NCBI RefSeq assembly: GCF_030028105.1
Contig: NC_092400.1
Location: forward strand, 18,042,001 to 18,106,000
Origin: Mobula birostris
Taxonomy: Eukaryota
Length of the DNA stretch: 64,000 nt
Direction of reading: 5' to 3'
Below are positions 50,146 to 63,195 of this stretch, one piece after another. The notes beneath the pieces were generated by a model. The model saw only the letters and a list, made by a program, of their open reading frames with translations. It was not told the origin of the DNA and made no database searches. Every line of letters starts with the position of its first letter. Position 1 is the stretch's first letter. A program made the position numbers and the translations under genes.

Positions 50146-52621
50146 GTCACATTTCTTCCCTAATCTGATGTTTGGTTTAATCAACAACTGAACCCCTTGA
50201 CCATGTCTGCATGTTTTTATGCATTACGTTTCTGCCACATGTATCACAAATGTCGAGGACAGTTACTACCCCTCAACCATCAGGCTCTTGAACAAAAGAG
50301 ATAACTACAATCATTCTATTTCCGGTGTTCCCACAACCAATGATATCACTTTAAGTACCCCTTATCTTGTTATTTCATGTTCAAGTTATTTATTGCTATT
50401 TATTTAGATTTGCATTTACATCGTTTGTTGTTCATTGATCCTGCTTATAGTTGGTGATCTACAAATTTGCTGAGTATGCCACGGGAAAAAGAATGTGGTG
50501 AAATGTATGTACTTGGATAATAAATTTTACTTTGAAATTTAAACTTTGAACATGATTGGCAGATTAGATATTTGCATTAACGAGCAGGTGGACAAGTGCA
50601 TCTAATACAGTGGGCACCGAGTGTATAATGGGATATAGGTAAAAGTCCAAAACAGCAGCTGTGAGTGGAAGGATACAGTGCCTGCTGACCAGATTTCAAC
50701 TTAGATAAAGACTTACGAAGATAGAGTCCAAATGGTCTCCCTCAGTATCAGAGCAGACCTGCAGTCAGATTATTTAACCACTGGGGACACTAGCCTGGTG
50801 AAGATCAAAGACACCGAGCTTCATCACTTGGACTTCTATCAGGTTTCCTCGTATTGCCTGTGAGTTATCCTGCCAAGAACACCACAATATGAACTCCTGC
50901 CTTTGAGTCCCAAACCTCCAGACAATCTTTCATTGCCACCTGCATTTCTACTTCATTGTAAGTCTTTAACGTTCCTCCAGTCTTGGTGTCGTCAATGGGG
51001 ACGCGACTGCCTCATTCAACAAATTCGAATTCCCCTTCCGACTTTGGGAATCCCTGGCTCACGGCTGCTCAAAGAACAGAGGGAGCGTTCAGAATAGAAC
51101 TGAGAAGCTCATGCCCATATTTCAGAAGCGCAAGAAAGAGCTGCGTAATTAGTAGGTGGAGCAGACCACCTCACCTACACCCACCCGACACCCTGTCAGG
51201 AAGCATCTGACCATCTGTAGAAGACCATAAAACTATCATGAGGTATTGAATCAGGATAAGGCTATTCGGGCCATCGAGTCTGTTCCTCTATATAATCATG
51301 GCTGGGTTTTCAATTCCATGCTCCCAACTTCTTGTAACCCTTAAACCCCCCCTAACAAACAAGCAAGAAGCTATAAATCTTTGTCTTAAATACACTCAAT
51401 GATTTGGCCTCCACCACCCTATATGACAATGAATTCCATAGATTCCCCACACTCTGACTGAGGAAATTCTGCATCTCATTTCTAAAGAGATGTCCCTTTA
51501 TTTTGAAGCTGTGCCCGTGCATCCTGGATCCTTGGATCCTCTCCTACTAATGGAAACATGTTCTCCACGTCCATTTTATCCAGGTTTGTTGTTCCTCACA
51601 TTGAGCCGACTAATTACCTCAGAATTAAAAAAAAAAATCTATGGGAACGGACAGGGGTGGATAATGTTTCTTATCCGAAGAGCTGGACATATTGCAGACC
51701 GGTTGTGTATTTAATATTCTGTAATACTTGATATTAAGTACATAAACCATTTATACGGTTCAATCAAAACTGTAAACTGTCTTTGGGATTCAGATTTCAC
51801 TCTAAATTCTGTTGAAATGTAACTTCTCTACCTGAATGAAAATTCCCCAGCTGGAAACTCATGCAACCCTGGCTCCCGTCACAAACTGGTAAACGGCTCC
51901 AGCAGTTCCCCACAATGAGGTGAGCAGAATATTATTCAAATCCATCACATTGATTACATAGAATTGCTGTACCATGCACTTTACTCACAGAGTACAAAGA
52001 GTCAACAATATTCCCAGAGTAGATTTTCTGTTACCACAACGATCTGCTGAATGAAGGTTGAAAGTGATTTCTCTCTCCTTCATGCAGCCTGGACATGGTT
52101 TATCATGGTTGTAGGAGGGGAGGCAGCAATAGTTCCTCGCGACACACTCCATCAGGGTGTGTGTAACGTGGTGAGGCAGTTCAGTCTGTATTAAAGACAT
52201 TCACTGCTGCCCTACTCATACTAATAAGTACCTGGCATACATATGCATGCACACACTTAAGGCACAGACATGTACATGACCACGTACTCGCACACAAACC
52301 ATGTTCTTCCACATTCTGGACACCAGAATGCAAACGTCTGCATGTTTGTAATTGTGCACATGTGTGCATCTACCTGTTTAAGTTAATGTGGGTTAGTGTG
52401 AAATAATATGACAGAGGGCAGCAGGGGTACTTTAGTTCGATCCTGGGGGACAAAAAGACCCTGGATCTCAGTACCCTACATGTCTTTGGTTGTAAAGACG
52501 TTGTTCACAAGGAATGTTCGGTGTTCATGCCTATCAACACAGCTCTCCTGTGTTGTAGTTCTTTACAGCAAACAATGGTCCACAATACACATTTCCAAGG
52601 AATTAGAGCAAGTAAGCTGCT

Positions 52622-52702
52622 CTCGGGTCTTGGCCTGAAACGTCGACTGCACCTCTTCCTACAGATGCTGCCTGGCCTGCTGCGTTCACCAGCAACTTTG
52701 AT
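52622..52702 (+). mobile_element. Short Penelope pLTR fragment
   Basis: ggcctgaaacgtcgactgcacctcttcctacagatgctgcc...; TSD gtaag(c/t)tgct. Confidence 0.75.
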
Positions 52703-53315
52703 GTAAGTTGCTATTGATTGACATTCCTGGATGGGTCCCAGCAGGTAAGCAAAATTATATTAACTTTATTAAATCAAAGAGTCTTTCGACAATAATCAGG
52801 GAACTTCATTGACACCAGTGAAACATAGGATCAGAATTGTGCCACTCGGCCCATCGAGTCTATTCCATCATTCCACCATGGTTGCTTTATTATTGCTCTG
52901 AACACCATTCTCCTGCCTCCACAACCCTATTAACCAAGACCCTATCAATCTCGGCTTTAAATATACCCAATGACTTGCCTCAATAGTCATCTGTGGTAAC
53001 GAATTCCACAGAGTCGCCAATCTCTGGTTAAAGAAATTCCTCCACATTTGAGTTCTAAAGGCTGACCATCGTTCTTCAGTACTGATAGTCCTTCTTCATT
53101 CCAGATTTCAATTTTATTTACCAATACCAAATTCCCCAGTTTTGAACCGGCGCTGCACTTCCTGACTCTAATTCACTAGAAGAGGTCTTTTTTTTAGAAT
53201 CAAGACTTGCCCGTTAAGATCGACTTATGACGCACCAAAATTTTCAGATGTGATCAACTTCTGCGTCCGCTCGCATTTCTCAGTTTTGCTTTGATCACAT
53301 AACAATACAGAGCAT

Positions 53316-54347
53316 CTAGTTCACGCCGACCGGGAGCGATTGGATGGCTGTCGATGAGCTCGTTTGCTGATCCACAATCTGCTCCTCTGTAGATGTTCCT
53401 TGTTCAGTGGATGATCTGCGACAGTTTAAATTAAGACCAAGTAGAGCTTTCTCCAAACCATCTTTAAACTGCGAAGTTGAAAAACAGTAAATAATGGGAT
53501 TCACCACACTGTTCAGATACGTTATAAACAACGTATTGTAAAAGATATTCACTGCTGTGCGATACGACTTGCAGTCGAGTGGATTTCTTAGTTTAGTCAC
53601 CAAAACCGCGACCACAGCAACACTGGTGGGCAAGAAGCAAATGACAAAAACTGCAGCCACAGCTATCACAAGTTTCACAGTTCGCTTATATTTAGCCCGC
53701 ATTCCAGCTTCCATCTGCCGTAACCTCCAGATGACGGAGGACGTAGAGAACAGGATAACTGAAACTGGCGAAAGAAACTTAAAGAATATAAAAATAAAGT
53801 CAGTCCAAATTGCTGTGGGACTCAGAGCCCTGTTTATGCTGAAAGGCTCACAGTTTGTCACGTTGTGTTGTTCGAAGTGATGTTTGTCTATCAGCAAGTG
53901 CAAGCAAATAGCCACCGCTACAATCCACAGACCGCCTGCTATCATCACCGCACATCTTGTAGAGATCCTGTTTACCTTGTTGAGTGGATGGACCACCTTA
54001 AAGTAACGATCGATCGCAATAACCATGAGGAAGAAGACGCTGCTAATCCGGTTCAGGAAAATCATGAAAACGTTCACTCTACACAGTCCATCACCAAAAA
54101 TCCAGTCTTTACCTCGGAGAAAATAATCAGCTCGAAAAGGTAGAAAGCAAATTAACAGAGTGTCCGCAATCAGGAGATTCAGTGAGTACACAATACTTGG
54201 TTTCCGGGACTTCACATGAACACAAAAGATCCAAAAAGCAATCGTATTTCCAACAAGCCCGAGGATGAATGCGATGATAATTACGGGTGCTTCATAGGAC
54301 GAGTTAACGTCTTCACCAGAAGCACGTTGCTGGGTCGAGTTCGCCAT
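53316..54347 (-). CDS. HCAR/OXER1-family GPCR, copy 5 (intact, 343 aa)
   Basis: Complete 7TM ORF; DRY motif; NPIIY in TM7; same length as copy 3. Confidence 0.93.
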   Translation of the reverse strand: MANSTQQRASGEDVNSSYEAPVIIIAFILGLVGNTIAFWIFCVHVKSRKPSIVYSLNLLIADTLLICFLPFRADYFLRGKDWIFGDGLCRVNVFMIFLNRISSVFFLMVIAIDRYFKVVHPLNKVNRISTRCAVMIAGGLWIVAVAICLHLLIDKHHFEQHNVTNCEPFSINRALSPTAIWTDFIFIFFKFLSPVSVILFSTSSVIWRLRQMEAGMRAKYKRTVKLVIAVAAVFVICFLPTSVAVVAVLVTKLRNPLDCKSYRTAVNIFYNTLFITYLNSVVNPIIYCFSTSQFKDGLEKALLGLNLNCRRSSTEQGTSTEEQIVDQQTSSSTAIQSLPVGVN

Positions 54348-57300
54348 TGTGCGAGAAAGCGGTCACACAGTCAATATGTTTCAGAGGGGAGCAAATGAAG
54401 TTGAACAAGCTGGTCGTCTTCGAATGAGTTTGTTCCCCTGTGGGTGGAGTATATGGGCGGAGTGAAATAGTCAGAGCACCAATAAGTTGAGCGGTCAAAT
54501 CACTGACAATGTTCCGGGAAAACTAGAAGCATAATCATTCAAATTAAGAAGCAATAAAATACATTTAGCTTTTATTGCGAGGCTTAAAATTATGCAATAC
54601 TTAATTTTGTTGTTGAGTGCTTGAACTAGTTTACATTAAAAATTAATTAATCATGGGGCATAATTTTAAGCTGATAGGAGGGAAGTGTAGTGGGGGCGAC
54701 AGAGGCAGAGTTTTTTACGCAGCAAGGTTGGGTGCGAGGAACATGCTGTCAGGTTTGGTAGTAGAGGCACATACATCAGGGGCATTTCAGAACTGTTAGG
54801 CAGGCACGAGGATGATAGAAAAATGGAGGACTGTGCAGAAGGGAAGGGTTAGTCTGATCTCAAAATCGATTAAACCGTCGCCAACATTGTACTGTAATAC
54901 ATGTTTTTTTTTAAAAAAAAGGGGGCTGTTCTGTAACAGAAATCAACCCCAAAAATTATATCACTCTGTTATTGAAGTTATTCTTGCAAAATCTCCTGAC
55001 GACAAATGATATCAAAATGCATTTGGATAAGAATTAAAAACAGAAACAAAGAAAACTCCCAGCATGTCAACTATTGAAAGAAGAGCTTATGCTTCAGTGT
55101 GTAGGTCTTCCTTTTTTTTTCGATTTCGGCAGTTTTTTGTTTTTTGACGTGGAGATGCCTCTCTGCACATCACCTGATATCAGTGAAGGTGCTCTATTTA
55201 ACACACTCTTTTTTATTTTCAGGAAATATAATAGAGACGTCCTCTAGTTTGGGGAAGTGATCAGCCCGGAATGGGATCTGATAGCGCATTAACCAGAGAC
55301 TAGATTCGGCGAATACACAACATTGTATTCGAATTTCATTATTTTTGAACACCAGGGGTATAGGTAGAGTAAATGCAAGCAGGAGTTTTCACTGAAATTG
55401 GGTGCGACGGCAATTAGATATCCTGGGCTCAGGGGGGAAACTGAAAAGTTTAAGGGGAACAGGAGGGGAAACTTCTTCACTCTGAGGGTCGTGAGAGTGT
55501 GGAACGAGCTGATAGCACAAGTGGTGCATGAAAGCTCAATTTAAAAGTTTAATAGAAGTTTGCATAGGTACGTGGATGGTAGAGCTGTGGAAGGCTGTGG
55601 TACCGGTGCAGGTCAATGCGAACAGGCAGATTAAATGGTTTCCTACGCAATAGATAGGCCAAAGGGCATTTTCTGTCCTGTACGTTTCTATGTTTCAGAT
55701 TTTACATGAAGATAAAACATCTACAAAGCAGTTGCATTTCTTACTAGTCCTAGGCCGATTGTTGTAATAATTACTGGTGGGTTGTGAGCAGAATTGACTA
55801 CCTCGATGGAGACACGTTGCTGGGCTGAATTGTCCATTGTTCCAAACGCCGCCGTAAACACAGTCACAGTCTCCGATACAAGAAAACTTATTCAAAGATG
55901 AAAATATCTGCATACAGCAAAATTCAGTACATGGATAAGTTGTGTCCAAAATTTATTAGCAGTGCTGCAAAGATTTAACTCAATGAAATACATCCAGCAA
56001 TATTAACAGAATTTAATAGCTACTCGATATGATATTAGGGACTTAAACCATTTTTTGTCCTATCAAAGCTATGAAACTTTCTTTGTTATTCAGGGTTCAG
56101 TCCCAATTCAGTTGAAATGCACCTCCTCTACCTAAACTAAAGTTCCCCATTTGGAAGCCCACCCTACTCCAGCTCCTGTCACAAACGGGTAATTTGGTCC
56201 AACAGGTGCCCTCAATAAGAAAAGCAGAATATTACAGTACTCAAATCCATCTCCTTGATTACACAGAATTGCTGTTCCGTACACTTTACTCACAGAGTAC
56301 AGAGAGACAACAGTATTCCCAGTATCGACTATCTGTTACCACAACGATCTGCTGAATGAAGGTTAAAAGTGATTTCTACTCTCCTTCATGCAACCTGGAC
56401 ATGATTTACCATGGTTGTAGGAGGGGAGGCAGCAATAGTTCCTCGGGCCACACTCCCACATGGTGTTAGTAACGTGGTGAGGCAGTTCAGTCTGTATTCA
56501 AGTCAGTCACTGCTGCCCTACTCATAGCAATAAATACCGGGCATACATATGCATGAACGCACTTAAGGCACAAATATATATGTGAGCACACACATGCAAA
56601 CGCACAACCATGCATCAATCACAAAGTTCTTCCACATTCTAGTCACCCCAATGCAACTACCTGCATGCGTAAGTGTAAAATAATGGGACTACGGTCACCA
56701 GAAATATTTTGATTGGATTCTGGGGAGAAAAACAAACCTGCTGTCTCTCATGTCCTTGTTTGTAAAGATATTCTTCACAAGGAGTGTTCATATCTTTCAA
56801 CACTGCCATCTTGTGTTGGGCGTCTATGCTGCAAACAATGATCCACGAAAGTCATTTCCAACGAATTCAAGATCAAATAAATTTAGGAGAGAGTAATTTT
56901 CCCAAGAACAGTCACATTGCCCTTATCAGCAGGTTTGACGACAATGCAAGAGTCAGTTTTATGCTTGGTTTAAAAAAATAACTGATCCTCTTGACCACGT
57001 CGGCTTTTTTTCATGCATTGAGTTCCAGCCACGTGAACCACCAGGTTCAAGAACAGTTACTACCCCTCAACCATCAGGCTCTTGAATTAAAAGAGAATAA
57101 CTTGACTCATTCTATTTCTCGTGTTCCCACAACCACTGATTTCACGTTAAGGACGCTTTATCTTATTATTTCATGTTCTCGTTAGATATTGCTATTTACT
57201 TATATTTGAGTTTGCAGTCTGTTGTTCATCGATCCTGTTTACAGTTATGTGATCTATAGATTTGCTGAGTATGCCCGCAGGAAAAAGAATCTCAGGGTTG

Positions 57301-57681
57301 TATGTGGTGACACGTATGAGCTCCGATATTAAATTTTACTTTGAAATTTGAACATGATTGGCTGATTAGATTAATGAGCAAGGGACAGGTGTACCTAATA
57401 AAGTGGCCACTGGGTGTGTATTGGGATTTAGGCAAAAGTCCATACTGACCACTGTGAGTGGAAGGCTACTACAGGTACAGTACCTGATGACCAGAATTCC
57501 CAGGAGTCCTGCTGATCTCAATTTGGAAAAATACTTCTGATTCCAAAGGACCTCACAGAGATCAGAGCAGACCTGCAGTCAGATTATTTAACCAGTGGAA
57601 ACAATAGCCTGTTGAAGATCAGCGGCACCAATCTGATCACTTGGACCTCTATCAAGTTTCCTCATATAGCCTGTGAGTTAT

Positions 57682-58275
57682 CCTTAGGAGGAGACAATGG
57701 CGCCTTTGCTTGCACCTACGGAACAGCTCTATTTCCATCTTTAATATCTCTATTTTCCCCTTTCGGGGTACTTTTCACGATCCTGGCCTGGAGTTACACG
57801 CTGACTGCGGGAACCGCTCTTCGGCTTTCACGACTGGCCGTTATTCGATATGCCGGGGATGCAGCCTGAGAGAGTTAGCTCGCCTTCGGAGTTCCGGGAT
57901 CTCGTGGCTCTGGAGACGGGCGGACCGAAGGTCGGTGCCTCTGCAGAAATCCGGTGTCGTGGGAGATGGAAGATCGAAAGCAGCGAGCTGGCTGCTGGCT
58001 GTGCACCTAGAGACCCAAGTTCTTTGGGCACAGAGCTCCAAAAAAGCGACGCAATGGACCTTTAACACCGTAAATCAGCGAGTTGTTTGTTATGTCTCCC
58101 CTCTCGCTGCGAAACGGAGACATCTCTTTTTCCCGTATTAGGGAGAGAGGTTTAACTGTCATTCAATCTTTGGGGGCACTCCTCTGTTTTCGTGGATGTT
58201 TGCGAAGAAAGAGGATTTCAGGATGTATGTTGTATAGATTTCTCTGACATTAACTGTACCTTTTGAAACAGTTGA
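57682..58275 (+). mobile_element. Unclassified non-autonomous retroelement
   Basis: GC-rich insert absent from the paralogous gtgagttatcc|..actcccag sites; tail resembles the Rex1-type 3'UTR (gatttcaggatgtatgttgtata..tctgacatt). Confidence 0.55.
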
Positions 58276-58896
58276 AACTCCCAGTCCTCATGCTGAGACA
58301 TACAAGCCTTTGTGTTGCAATGTTCCAGACAATCCTTCATTGCCATCTCCATTTCTACTTCACTGAAGGCCTTTAGCCTTCCTCCAGTCTTGGTGCCGTC
58401 TCTGTGGGCACGACTGCCTCAATCCACAAATGCAAGGTACCATCTGACTTTGGGAATCCCTGGCCCACAGCTGCTCAAAGTACAGAAGGGGCTTTCGTGA
58501 TGGAACTGAGAAGCTCACTACACCCACCCAACACCCTGTCAGGAAGCACCTGCCAATCTGTGCAGGATCATAAAAGCATAACGTATCCTATTGGAATTAG
58601 GCTAAACAGACCAGTGAGTCTGCTCTACTACTTAAGCATGTCTGAGTTTCTGTTTGCAACTCCATTCTCCCTTCTTCATCCTATAACCCTTAACCCCACT
58701 TAATAATCAAGAACCTACAAATCTTTATCTTAAATACACTCAGTGATTTGACCTCCTCCACCCTATATGACAATGAATTCCAAAGATTCCCCACACACTG
58801 CCTGAGGAAATTCCCCATCTCAATTCTAGTGAGATGTCCCCTTATTCTGAGACTGTGCCCTTGGATACTAGATCATTGGATTCCCTCCTAATAATG

Positions 58897-59430
58897 CACA
58901 GAAACAGTTCTCAACACAAGGTAGCGGCAAATAGCCGGACCAACCCAGCGAAGGTATCGACACAGAGATAGTTCAAAACAACGATAGACAGTCCCTTATC
59001 TAGACGAAGCAAAGCTCCAGTCTTGCTCCAGCAGTAGAATTTGACAAGGTTGCAGGCAAGGCTCCAGACACAGGTTGCAGGCAAGGCTTCAGAAGGAAGG
59101 GGAAGGGAAGGGAACAGTTCGGCCTCAGGGTAACGGCAAAGATGGCTTGGCTTACCCAATGGAGGCAAGGACAGGAACGGGCAGATCCAACCACAGGGTA
59201 ACGGCTAAGATGGCCTGACTTACCCCACGGAGGTGAGGACGGGATACTGATGAGATGAACCATTCCCTACACTCAAATCCAGAGCCACTTTTATTCCCAG
59301 TCACAAGACGAGCATCAGGTGCCTATGATTAAGCCCAACTGAAACAAGGGACAGCCGGAAGACCCGGAGTCCGGAGTTCATGGACCGGACCATGAACCGG
59401 TACTCGGATGTCACAGACCAGACTATGAAA
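58897..59430 (-). mobile_element. Truncated LTR of the 3728-4908 family
   Basis: Shares ggcctgacttaccccacggaggtgag and the cccggagtcc..catggaccggacc..gaaccgg terminus; left end deleted. Confidence 0.7.
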
Positions 59431-61026
59431 ATCTGACTGGATGAAGATCTATCCTGGTGTGCAATGGAGATGCAGAGGGACATGATGGGATCAGAGAAGA
59501 GGAAACAGTCAAAGCAGCAGAGGGCTTCAGAGGTATCACAGGCATCTGTGATCCCTTGGCTTGTAGGGAAGTAGTAGAATCAAACTGTGAGTTATAAAAC
59601 TAATGCTGGAGGGCAAATAGAGTCTTCTAAGGAAATATGTCAGGGATTCCTATGAGAGATGAAAGCCTGATGCTCAGTGGTGGGTCGTGATCCTGTTGGA
59701 AATATGAGGAAAGCATCCAGGAGATGACGTTCAGGAAAGAGTAATTTGCACGAGCACTGACACACTGTCCTTGTCAGCAGGTATGACGACATTGCAGGAG
59801 TCATTCTTATTCAGGAGAGGGTTGCAAACTCAGGTTCACTAGGTTACAGCGAGCAAATTGAAATAATCAGTGTTGATTTGGCAGAGAGTGATGAATGGAT
59901 CTGGAGAAGGAAAGGACTTTGAAGAGGGACCCAGTTCTGTGGAGGATTCTGGAAATGGGGAACCTCAGTGTTGAGAGTACCTGACCATGGGGACTCAGGT
60001 TTTTAAGCACTTCTCAAGAGAGTCTGGAGTCAAGCATCACTCGAGTTTCTCATGGGAATAGCAGTAGATGAATAGCCTGCTGTAAATTCCTCCTAGTGTT
60101 ACACCATAAGGCCATAAAATATAGGTACAGAATTAGGCCATTTGGCCCATTGACTCTGCTCTGCCATTTCATCATGCCTGATCCATTTTCCCACTCAACC
60201 CCAACCTCCTGCCTTGTTTCCAATTCTTTTCATGCCCTGACTAATCGACAACCTATCAACCTCTGACTTTAATATACCCAATGCCCTGGCATCCACAGCC
60301 ACCTGTGACAACGAATTGCACAGAGTGACCTCTCTCTGGAGAAAGAAATCATTCCTCATCTCCGTTTAAAAGGCTTCCTTCTATTCTGAAACTGTGCCTT
60401 CTGGTCTTACACGCCTCCACCAGAGGAAACATCTTCTCCACATACAAATTTGGTAGGTGGTAGAATGTGGCAGGAAGAAAATAGGATGTGGAGAGAATTT
60501 TTAAAATTTTTAATTAACTTAGCATTTGGGTAAATGGAGGTTTGACAGTCACCAGAAACATAATGGGGTAAATCGCTCATTCCTCACTGTGACATTGTGC
60601 TTTGCTAAGAGAATGAACAATATGTGTATCCAAAACCCAACAATTTTAAGTTGTTAGTTGCCATAAACCACATTCAACATGCACTTTGTCACACAAATGG
60701 AACTGTGGCAAGCCTCACTCTAAAGTACGTAGCTTCTTTCAGCTTCAGCTCTTTAACCATATTAGGAACAATTCCTCATTCCATTTCTTCACTCAGACTG
60801 ACTCACTCCCTTCCCATCCAGGGAATGTGGTGCTAAACTGAAAGCAAGCCCAAATGGTCAGAGTGGAAGTGTGCCCTTACGTTCTCAGTAAGGCCACCAG
60901 TCTCAGGTGCCCTGTTCGCTGCCAGATCCAGAATGAATGTTGGCATCATTCACGTTCCTACTCACGGATAATAGTCTAGAAACAGCTACTGTGCATACGT
61001 AAAGGATTTGATCACAAGTTACAATA

Positions 61027-61470
61027 CATTTAGTGGCCACTTTACTAGGTAAATCCTCAACCTAATAAAGAGGCCACTGAGTATATGTTCGTAGTCCTCT
61101 GCTGCTCCAGCCAATCTATTTCAAGGCTCGACATGTTCAGCATTCAGAGATGCTCATCTGCACAACGCTGTTGTAACACATAGTTATTGGAGTTCCTGTC
61201 CACAAGAACCTGTCTGGCCATTCTCCTCTGACCTCTCTCATTAACAAAACATTTTCACCAACAAAACTGCTTCTCACTGGATGTTTTTTGGTTTCTTGGT
61301 CCATTCTCTGTAACCTCTAGAGACTGTTGTGCGTGGAAGTCCCAAAGGTCAGCAGTTTCTGATATACTCAGTCCACCCCAACTGGCACCAACAATCATTC
61401 TATGGTCAAAGTCACTTAGATCACATTTCTTCCTCACTCTAATGTTTGGTTCAAACAACAATTGCATTGA
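61027..61470 (-). mobile_element. Tc1-like DNA transposon remnant
   Basis: TIR-like tagtggccacttta.taggt; KKCDLSDFDHRMIVGA..GLSISETADL HTH peptide; TIR fragments (cctaataaagtggccactg) also in the cassette at ~28345, ~34195 and ~57395. Confidence 0.75.
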
Positions 61471-62026
61471 GTTTCTACAACATGAACCACCAGGCTCAAC
61501 AACAGTTGCTATCCCCCAAGGATCAAGCTCTCGAACAAAAGAGGATAACGACACTCATTATGTTTCTGCTGTTCCCACAACCAATGATCACACTTTAAGC
61601 ACACTTTACCTTGATATTTCATGTTCACCTTATTTAGTGCTATTTATTTATATTTGCATTTGCACAGTTCCTGTGCTGTACTTCTCTATGATTTTAAATG
61701 AAATTATAATACTATACCTATAAAGAGTTGTCTTTCTGATTAGACCGAGGATAATTGTTCTATAATTACTGGTGGGCTATGAGAAGAATTGACAGCCTCA
61801 CGAGAAATTCATTCCGGGGTTGATTTCTCCATTGTTCAAAACACAAAGGTAAACACAGTCACAACATTTCAGAGACAAGTGAATTTATTCAGAGTTATCA
61901 TATATGAAGTTCTGCATACAGCAAAATCCAGAGCATTGATAATTTACATTCAAAGTATATTAACTTTGCTCCCGGAAAGAACAAGATTCAATGCAATGTA
62001 TGCAAAAAGGCAATGTTACAACAGTC

Positions 62027-63195
62027 ATGGTGGAATTCAATATGCAGGTAGATGGGGAAAATCAAGTTGGTGCTGCTGGATTACTGGAGTGAGGGGGGAT
62101 TTCTAGAGTGCCTATGAGATGGCTTTCTAGAGCAGCTGGCGGTTGAGCCAGCTAGAAGACCAGCTATTCTGGATTGAGTGTTGTGCAATGAACCAGAATT
62201 GATGAGAAACCTTAAGGTAAAAGAAACCTCAGGGGCAAGTGATCATAATTTGATTGAATTCACCCGGAAACCTGAGAAGGAGAAGCTAAAGTCAGATCTA
62301 TCAGTATTACAGTGGAGTAAATGGAATTACAGAAGCATGAGAGAGTTGTCCAGAATTGATTGGAAAAAAACACTGGCAGGGATGACAGCACAGCAGCAAT
62401 GGCTGGAATTTCTGGAAGCTATTCTGAAGACTGAGGATATATATATATATATATATATCCCAGAGAAGAAGAAGTATTTTTAAAGGAAAGATGACAAATC
62501 ATGGCTAACAAGAGAAGTCAAAGCCAACATGAAAGCCAAAGGGAGGGAATATAACAAAGTGAAAAGTAGTGGGAAATTGGAGATTTGGGGAGCTTTTAAA
62601 AAGCAACAGAAGGCAATAAGAATATCACTAGAAAGGTAAGGATGGGATACGGAAGTAAACTAACCAATAATATTAAAGAGTTTAATACCAACAGTTCCTT
62701 CAGATACATAAAGTGTAAAAGAGAGGCGAGAGTGGATATTGAACCATTGTAAATGATACTGGAGTGGTAGTAATGGGGGCCTATGAAATAGCAGAGAAAC
62801 AGAGTAATTATTTGGCATCAAATTTTACTGTGGAAGACACTAGCAGGATGGTGGAGGCTCCAGGGACAGGGATCATGAAGTGTGTGAAGTTACCATGACC
62901 AGAGAGATGGTTCTTGGAAAGCTGGAAGGTCTGAAGGTAGATAAGTTACCTAGACCAGATAGTGTACACCCCAGGGGTCTGAAAGAAGTGTCTGAAGAGA
63001 TTGTGGAGGTATTAGTCATGATCTTTCAAGAATCACTAGCTTCTGGAATGGTTCTGGAAGATGGGAAAATTGCCAATGTCACTCCACTCTTCAAGAAAGG
63101 TGAGAGGAAGAAAAAGGAAACTATAGGCCAGTTCATCTCACCTCAGGGTTGGGAAGATGTCAAGAGTTGATTATTAAAGATGAGGTCTCAGGTGG
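62027..63195 (+). mobile_element. Degraded CR1 ORF2 fragment (EN to early RT) with (TA)n at ~62437-62458
   Basis: SDHNLIEF, LKVDKLPRPD.VHP..LKE and ANVTPLFKKG motifs with stops. Confidence 0.82.
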
